From assembly GCF_009914755.1 (NCBI RefSeq), contig NC_060937.1: DNA of 64,000 nucleotides. One strand, given 5' to 3'. The stretch is from the human T2T-CHM13v2.0 reference genome, Homo sapiens. Under the pieces are notes generated by a model that saw nothing but the letters and a program-made list of their open reading frames with translations, was not told where the DNA came from and did no database searches. Of this stretch, positions 54,691-64,000 are shown in pieces. The position numbers and the translations under genes are program-made. Each line of letters begins with the position of its first letter. Position 1 is the stretch's first letter.

Positions 54691-57146
54691 AAATAAATGA
54701 ATCTGGCTGAAATATTAGTATAATCACTTAATTGAGGTTACATTACATATGAGTACCGAAAACATATTTGAAACTTTGATAATTTGTCATGCTATTTCAT
54801 ATGGCCTTATGATTTTCAGACCCTGCTAAAATCCCAAGTCTTTTTTATTTTCGCTAGTATGCATCCTATTAGAAATATAGGGTATGATTGCAACTCTTTT
54901 TTTTTCAATATTCTCTTAAAGCAATGCATAGTTTTGTGGAATGCATAGTTTTATACCTACTATGAGACTAAAAGATAGCTACGGAATTTCTTAAAGATCT
55001 GTAAGCATTTGAAAATAAGAATAAAGCAGGTAAGACATTGACAAACACCTTGTCATATAATAAATAGCTGAAGAAACTGTGATGATTATCCTGGGGGAGG
55101 GGGAGGAATTCAGGTGGAGGTTGGAATTATTAGCAGCTATATATACTTAAAGCCATAGCCTTTAAGTATGGAGAAACTGGAATACAGTTATTCAGATCTG
55201 TTTGCAAAATATTTATTAAGCACCTACAATGTCCCAAGGAATTTTGTTATGCTCTAGAGCTAAGTAAATAAATAACGTACTCTGATGTGACACATCCACA
55301 ATTAAGACAAGTAAGTATACATGAATTTCATTTGATTTTTTAATTAAAAAAGATAATTATATATATGTAGGCATATGTATATACACATGTAAACAGAAGA
55401 AGGAATGCACGTGATGACACATACAGTACTTGAAAATATTTAATGCCCAATAGTGTTTCTTTGTAGATAAAATTGCCATATTTTTCTTCTAATATCTAAC
55501 ATAATTAATTAACGAATCGGTTACTCAGAGATTTTTTAAAAAATCTGCCTGGCGTAAGTTTATACATTCTAGGATCAGTTGTAAGTAAGAAGGTTTATTT
55601 CAACTAAACTAAAAAAACTGAAGCTTGATTCAGTAGTAGGTTATTACTATGCTTACACTTTATTTCTTCTTTCAGAAGTTATAAGTTAAAAAAATTTACA
55701 TTTATTGCCCTGAATGTTCAATGATTCAATGGAGTAACTAGTTTATCCTATATTTATGTATTTTTATTTTTATACATAAATAAATGAGTAAAGATCAGGA
55801 CGCTGAGAAAATAGCAGTTACAAAAAATTTCATTCACAATGAGCGAGAACCTTTTGTGGATTATTTCTTTATGAACTTTGGGTCTTGGTCTATTGCTTCT
55901 TATCTTGTTAATATTCTCCAATGTAAAATTTCCAAAACCAAAGTTCTGGTATGTACTTTGCCTCTCCTACAAAACATGTGCTTATGCAGCGGAGCCACGT
56001 TTCTTAATACTACATGTATCCAAGAAAAGACCCTAATTCTCATTTCAACTCAGCTAGGATCCACTTCCTGAAATGCCCTGTGGGCCTGGCCTTCCCACTC
56101 TCTGGTTTCCACTGAGCTTGCTGTATGGACCTCACTGGGCCACCCAATTCTACAGTATTCTACAGAATGCTCTTATGCTCTTGGCCACCTACCTTCTCAT
56201 GTGAATACAAGGAAAGAAAAATTCTGTTGACTCTATATTAGAGTTGGTGTAAAAATTTGTAACTGAACTCAATACATGAAAGTAATTTAATGTAGATTTG
56301 AAGAAAAAGATTCTAGATACTTATAAACTTCAGTAGCCAACTAAATATTATATGTGATGTTTCATAGATAGAAAAGATTCAGAGAAGTTGTTGAACAAGA
56401 AATGTTTATATTTTCATTCTACCCTGAATACAAGTTTAATTAAACCCCAGAGGCAAAATAATAAACTGTGACTGATTAATTTAGTCTACAGTTATGGTTG
56501 GGCTCATGTTATCTGACCTCTAATTTAACATATGGGCCCCTTCTATAAGAATAAACAAAGAAAATTATAATTTGAAAATATATATTATCACATTTATTTT
56601 TTCTTTATTTTCTCATTCTTTAATTATCTTAATGTAAATACATGGCCATCTCAAATCTGTATGTTGGACAAGACTGATATTTCGGGTTCTCTATCATTTA
56701 GAAATTGATTATCTATACCTAATCATTTAGAATAAAATTATATTTTAATTTATTCTTATCCTTTTACTTTACAAATTGTTTCAAAGATATTTACAGTAAT
56801 AATATAAATATAATAATTATTACCCTGATTAAAAATTAATCCTTAATAAAAAAAGAGAAGATAAAATGTATAGTTATAAATAAAGATTATAAATGACATA
56901 ATACTTAACCATAAAATCTAATTTTTGCTTTTTTAAATTCTGGGGAAAATAGGAGAAACAATTATGTAGATCTTATTATCTACCAATAGAGGGCAAATCA
57001 ATTCATTAAAAAAAGCGAGCCTCTTCCTGAACTTAAGGTCAAAGAGAAGCTTATTTTGAATCTTCTTCATAGATAGACACTGAACGACATAAATGATAAC
57101 ATCATTGGCACTATTTAAAAATTCAGATGAGTGTTTCATAGCCCTA

Positions 57147-57639
57147 TGTGTTAGTTACCTATCATTACTGTAACAAGTTGCTCCAAATAAATTGGCTAAA
57201 ACAACAGAATTGTAATGTCTAAGAGTTCTGGATGTCAGAAGACCAAAATGGGTTTCACTGGGCTTCAATCAAGGTATCCTCAAGGCCATGTTTCCTCCTG
57301 GAAACTCTTGGGAGGAATCCTAGAGCCCTTTCCATGGGTGCCATATGCCTTGGCCCATTGCTCTCTTCCTCCACTTCAAAGCTGTCAACATCAGGTGGAA
57401 TTCTTATCTTACTGCATCATGCTGACCTGTGTCTCCGACCTCTTTCCTAAATAAGGACCCTTGTGATTACAGTAGGCCCTCTAAGTTCATCCAGGCTAAT
57501 CTCCCCATCTTCAGATCAGTATGCTAGCAACCTGAAGTCCGTCTGCAACCTCAGTTTCTCTTGCCATGTAACATACATATTTACAGGTTCTGGGAACAAA
57601 TGTGGACAGCTTTGGGAAGCCATTAGTCTGCCTGGCACA
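57147..57639 (-). mobile_element. MLT1D-like LTR
   Basis: TG...CA ends, TSD CCCTA/CCCCA, internal ATCCAGGCTAATCTCCCCATCT. Confidence 0.85.
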
Positions 57640-57902
57640 CCCCATATCTAATATCAGTCACCTGGGAAAACTCAAATTGCATGATTCTTTGCGTTGGAGA
57701 AGGAAGAGTGAAATGTGGGTTTGAAGTGAGACAAGGGTATTTATAACATGCCTTAAAAGTAGTTTAGAATATCCTGAGAGTAGTGTGTGCACACCTTAGA
57801 CTAGTGGGTCTCCATCATAGAGTACATGTAATGGAATGTCATAAATTTGGTTAACAGAAAAATGAACAGTGATAGCTAGCTAGTATTGAATTGTTTTAAA
57901 AT

Positions 57903-58022
57903 AGGGTGCTTATATAATTATGGACAAAAGTCTCAACACTTTTGAGAGTGAACAGTAGGTGTTAACAACAGAAAATATAAACCAGGATCTTTCCCAGTGA
58001 GCTGGAGATTATGGTTATACTC
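57903..58022. mobile_element. MER94-like hAT MITE
   Basis: AGGGTGCTTATATAATT...ACACTTTTGAGAGTGAA...TATGGTTATACT. Confidence 0.6.
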
Positions 58023-58709
58023 ATAAGCCAGGCTATTGCATCAGTCAGTAAGAAATGGGTATGGATGGTAGGTTTTGGCATATATAAATGTTATTACAGG
58101 GAGACATCATGCAGTTTGGAGGGGCAGTTTGAAAAACAGCCTTGATTTCCTTCCTAAATACCAGTTGTTCTATGTGACATCTCAGCAACACTGAAAGTCA
58201 GACCGTGAAAACTCAGATCACTCTAAAAATGAAAAACTAAATGTTCCTTTATAGTAATTCAATGATATGGTTGGGACACTTCTGGTATTTAATTACAGAA
58301 ACATATAGGAGACATACAGACAGGGACAGAAGGACAGTGTGCCATGGGTGTGTTGAAACAAATACCTAGGACATTTGAAGTATTGACCTTCCCCCACATC
58401 ATGGCTCTTCACCCCTCTTCTCGTGTGAACTTTAGCATAATTACAGAGACTAGTGTTATTCAGTGGTGCTCCCTGATCTGCCCTTTCCATCACTGCATGA
58501 CTCGTCCAGGCCCTCGCTCCATACCTGCAACAATTCACTCACACTCTAGCCATTCTCCTTCCAAGCTAACACTTCCCTTCAGTACTTCAGATAACCTCGT
58601 GCTCAGACACCATCAATACTTTCCACTTACTAGAGGATCAAGACCAAAATCCGCAGCTGGGCATGAAATGCCTGACCCTTCCTGCACTAACCTACATTTA
58701 AAGTCACAG

Positions 58710-58865
58710 GTATAGATTTTGAAAACGTTAACGACACTCAGATCTAATCCACCATTTCATAAAAGAAGAAAACAAAGCTCAGAAAGATTAAGTAACTTGA
58801 CCTAGTCACACCAGTAGTGACAGGTTAAAAAGAGGAACAAAGGTTATGTGACTAACAGTCTGCCC
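58710..58865 (-). mobile_element. MIR fragment
   Basis: GCTCAGAAAGATTAAGTAACTTGACCTAGTCACAC. Confidence 0.7.
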
Positions 58866-59779
58866 CTTGCAAATTCCCAACAGTATTTTCTGTTCACCCC
58901 AATATTGGATTAGTGCTGGTCTCCATGTCTACTCAGTGTATCATCCTCATGCTGTGCTATTGTATTATTGACAGAAGACAGAAACTTACCTACTGTTAGC
59001 TTAACTAAATTATTGAAGATAATATTGACTTTTAAAATTTGTCACCAATAAAAGTTATTTTTATTTTTTTTCTTCCCTTCTAGGTGCTTTAGAATTTTTC
59101 GAGTTTTGGCTAAAAAATACAATTTATGTCAACTTTTTTTTTCTGAAGCCAGATATCTTATATTTATTATATTTATTTCCTACAACATACAATATACTAT
59201 CTTATGCCTGCCTTTCTCTTCCTCCCTTCCTTCTTTCATTTCTTTACTATTTCCTCATAAAGTGTATTTTTTAAATAAATATTTATGTTCAATGATTTTC
59301 TAGAAACATTTTCAGTTAGTTTGTGAGAAGGCAGGCAAAACAATAGAATGTGACCAAAAAATAAGGCAGCAAAAGAAGCAAAAATATGTATGGGTACAAA
59401 GAATAGCCAAGAATAATACTAAAAATGCAAACTCTAGTGACCTCCATGGGGAAAAGGGGTGGAACACAATTTTGAATCTTATCTTTGTATCAAATAATGT
59501 GAAGAGGAAAGATATGCCAATTAATCAATTTCAAATTTATAAGTTTTATATATATATATATATAAACAATATATCTAGATTATTCTGGGAAACTATAAAT
59601 GTTCTAATAATATTTTGGAGTTCTTTCTAAAGCAGTAATTACATTACATACTATATGTGTGACAAGATGGATACAAGCGGCTGTTTACTAAATATTGATT
59701 ATCAATTTCACCTGATGATTTCACAGCAAAACACGAATGAATGAATGAATTATTCAGAGATTTCTGGTTTTTGTTCTGA

Positions 59780-62320
59780 GATATAGACAAAAAATGAGCA
59801 TCATTTCTAACGTTAAAACATGAAAAAAATCTGGACAAGATACAAATTTAAGAATTTCTTAGAAACCATCAGATAGCTGAGCTTGCAGAGTAGAAACTCA
59901 GTATCTGGAAGAGACCAGTGAATGTAGGAAGAAACAGGACCAGAGAAGTTGGTTATTTGGGACAGATGCCCCCACATGTCATATAAGCAGATATGAAGAT
60001 TCGGCTAGAAATGTTTGATAAATTAAAGAAAGCAAGTATGGTTCAGGATGAAAAATCCCTAGGTGCCATAGTGCAGGGGATTCACCTTTTCTGTAAGCTT
60101 TTTTTACAGTAACCCTAACAGGTGTTCATAGCTGGAAAGAATCCTGAGAAAGCTTCTGCCTTAGAGAGAAGAGGTAAGAAAAAATAACAGCAGGCAACCC
60201 TATCAGCCCCGTGAAATAAATGCCTTTATCTTCAGAGGGAAATAAAAGCAAAAACAAAAACAAAAATCAAAACCATTATCCTGAGGACAGAAACTATTGC
60301 ATCCTGGGGAAATGAACAAACAACAACAACAAAATAAGCTCTTTCCCTGGAGGAGGAATCCCTGGTAGTTTTAGCATCACTTAAGAAAAAGGGGCAGGAA
60401 TCCTTGCGAAGGCCACATCTGCAGACTCAGGTTTAACAGGTCTGCCAAAAACTGGATCTTAAAAAACGCACACTGTGTTCCTCCCTCCATCACCACACTA
60501 ACAAGTACTGAGTGGAAATCACCTCAGAATGCAGTTGTGAGAACTGCAGGAGACAAATTCTCTCTGTCAGCCAGACACGGAGAGCTCAGTGGAGAGCACC
60601 GTAAATCCTGTCTTGCTGCTGAGGCGGTGAACACAAAATAGACAGCTAAGGCCTAAGAAAAGGATACACATATCCAATGCCTCTCATTTAAAAACCAAAC
60701 CAAACCAAAACAAAGCCCTCATCATCTGCAATTTTACACATGTCCATCTTTCAACAAAACCATTTGAGATGTAACTTAAAAGGTAAAAGCAAATACAGTC
60801 TGAAGGTTCAAAGCAATTATCCAAACTGTACTGAGATATGACAAATATTAGAACCATCAGAAAAAGAACTTAAAATTACTACCATAAGAGATTAAAGGTT
60901 CTCATGGTAAAGGTAGACAATATACAAGTTCACAGAGGTAATTTCAATGAAAAAAAATGGAAAGTATAAGAGAGAATTAAATGAAAATATATTTTTAAAA
61001 AACACACAGAGGAAGAATGTATTTTACTTGTTCATGATTAGACTTAATTCATAATAGGAAATCAGTGAGCTGGAAAATAAGAAAACAGGAATTACCTAAA
61101 TGAAAATTTAAACAGAAAAACATTGAAATAAAAATAACAGAGGATTCAAGAGCTGTGAGACAATATCAAACAACCCAATGTACTTGTAATTGAATCCTTC
61201 TGAGAAAAAAGTGAGCACAGCACAGAATAAATATTGGGTGAAATAATAACTGATAATTTTAGAAATTATTGGCAGACAGTATACCAGAGGCCCAAGGGTC
61301 ACAGAGAAAACCAAAATTAACAAATATTCAAACAGAACAAAACAAAATGAAAATGACAAAACCTAGGCATTCAAACTGCTGAATGGCAAAGACAAGAGAA
61401 AATCTTAAACGTAACTGGATTAAAAAAAGCCACATTATCTACACAGGACTAAAAATAAAAATTAGAGCATATTTCTTGTCAGCAGGCATAGAAGCAAGAA
61501 GTCAAAGTTGTGAACTCTTTAAATATATAAAAGAAAAGCAAAACTCCTAACCTAGAATTTGATGTACAAATTGAAAATAAACAAGTACAATTTCAAAATT
61601 TCGAAAATGAAGAAAAAACGAAGACTTTCACAGGCAAACAGAAAATGAAAAAAATCAATTACCAGGAGATCTCATCCATAAGAAATGAATAAAAATTTTC
61701 TATCAGCTGGCATCACCAGAAAATTTTACCCATTCAAAGAATTAGAATACCAGAATGGAATAAAGTACATTTTTCTTATTTTTTATTGCTCTAAAAGTAA
61801 CTGCTCATTAAAATAAAATTTGTATCAAAGAATTTTGTTTTTTGTAGAATATTTAAAACTAAAATATATTACAAAAATGGCAGAAGGAATGGGAAAACAG
61901 AATTGAAAATATAATCTATCAGGTTTTTATACTACATATGAAGCTGTGTAACATTTGAGTTTAGACAGATTGTTTATCACTGTATACAATAAATCCTAAG
62001 ACAACCAAATACAGATTTTATAAAAGTAGTATTAGAAATAAGCTAATATGCTGTCCCAAAATTTCAAAAGAAGAAAAGTAAATAAATAAGCCAATAGAGA
62101 AGATTAAACTGGAACCAAAAAAAAGAAAAAAGAAAAAAAAAAAAAAAAAAAAAACCTCAAGGCCAGAAACTGCAAATAAAGAGGAAAAAAAACGAGAACA
62201 ATGGAAAAAATAGAAAACAGCTAGTAAGAAGGTAGAGGTAGAATTTAATCCAGTAACATCAATACATTAAATATAAATGATCTAACCACAACAGCTAAAG
62301 CACAGAGATTTTATTATTAG
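59780..62320 (+). mobile_element. Old L1M 5' region / decayed ORF1
   Basis: A-rich ORF1-like sequence (TCAAGAGCTGTGAGACAATATCAA, CAAAGACAAGAGAAAATCTTAAA, CTAACCTAGAATTT). No intact frame. Confidence 0.7.
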
Positions 62321-62585
62321 AGTAAGATTTAATGTGAATCGAGCAATTTTGACAATATTCACATGTAGTGGAATAAATTGGTACTGTTAAATGATTATCA
62401 CTGATTTTTTTTCCTACATTGTAAATTTTAAACAGTGATGTTTATTAATGTATTTCTAAAACATAGCTTTGGCCATATTACATTGTGCCTTTGGTCATTG
62501 ATAAACTATACAAAAATTACCTGAGATAAAAATTTCAATCATGGTTCTTCTTTTAACTGATTATTTTCAGATATGGTACTACTAA

Positions 62586-62943
<358 letters not shown>

Positions 62944-64000
62944 TCAGATTGATCATATTATTTGTGACTATTTGCATTCATGGAAGAACATAAATATAAT
63001 TGCAATTTCTCTCTATCTAGACTGATCAATAATGATCCTTTTTATTTGAAATTACAGCTAAAATTATGAAATAGTTCTGTTGAGCCTAGAACTATTTTTT
63101 TAAAACCTAATATTCAAGTCTGAGGGATAAACAGAGTATGTAATTGCCAGATTCAAGCACAATATCTTACTGCACATTAATTGTGCTCTAGAAATTTTAA
63201 ATTCAGTTTTTTAGAAAGAGAATTATGTAGTTAGACATTTCTTGCATTGATTTTTCCTTTTGTTATCTCTTGGTATTATTAGAATGTTTACCTTGAACAG
63301 ACACCTTGCCAAAAGTAACAAGGAGGTTGGAAACACCTTCCAGACTAAAGAAATTCTATTACTATGAGCATAACGTAATGAGAGGCAGAATTTTCAAACT
63401 TCAATCTTTGAAGACTTTGATTGAACTATTTGAAATGAGCACAATCTGCAGAACTAAAGGCTAAGAATGAATTTAATAATTTTGACGACTACTTTAAAAT
63501 GATAAAATCATTTTTAGGTCATTGGGACATTGTCCCTGTAAAGCTTTGCCAAGTGATTATTGCATTTTCATGGATAATGTGAAACACACATGAATTGACC
63601 AATACGTTCTGTTTTTTATTATTATATTGAGCACATTTCTTTTAGAGGCAAATGCTATGTTAGGTACAAATGATAAATGACAATGAATAGTGCACAGGTC
63701 CTTTTTATGTAAGAATTGTACATTGAAATAGACAAAAATATATGAATAAAACAGGGATGTAACTACAAGGAAGCATATAATAAGTGCCAAATGTACTTTA
63801 ATGAACAATGGGAGGAAATATTACACTTGCCTGAGATAATTTTACTCTGGAGAATTTTTATCCACCTTGTTCCATGAAATATAAATATCATCCAAAGAAA
63901 ACTAAATCTCTGGGAAAGTTATTAAGTGTCATTGTCATGATATACTTTTCTGGGTCCTACAATTACCTTCCTTTCTTTACCCTGGGCAATCAAATTAAAT

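Noticed and set aside
59065-59083. Strong polypyrimidine acceptor TTTTCTTCCCTTCTAG|G
   Set aside because: No matching donor or credible reading frame follows. Isolated pseudo-acceptors are common.

Overview
AT-rich, CpG-depleted primate (human-like) genomic DNA, intronic or intergenic in character. Much of the window is recognisable interspersed repeat: Alu (J, Sc, Y), L1 (PA, PB, MA, MB, MC, ME), L2, MIR, MaLR LTRs (THE1, MST, MLT1), one ERV1-type solo LTR, and DNA-transposon relics (Charlie1, MER20, MER5, MER45, MER94, MADE1). Many insertions still show target-site duplications (TSDs). I can support no complete protein-coding gene or RNA gene, and I cannot name the locus. The supplied ORFs are short and mostly fall in repeats or AT-rich noise. 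The best non-repeat signals are: (i) two + strand exon candidates joined by a canonical 98-nt intron just downstream of an MLT1 LTR; (ii) a CpG-retaining, promoter-like block with an RFX X-box, a strong Kozak ATG and a splice donor 13 nt later (M-D-C-K, phase 1); (iii) an ETS-CRE composite and a perfect NRF2/MAF ARE. Evolutionary signals are a probable L1 3' transduction, a recent ~215-bp tandem duplication inside an old MLT1, and a local weak-to-strong/CpG-gain cluster around a THE1 LTR. I found no convincing novel biological system. Repeat subfamily names come from remembered consensus sequences, and boundaries are approximate unless a TSD is quoted.
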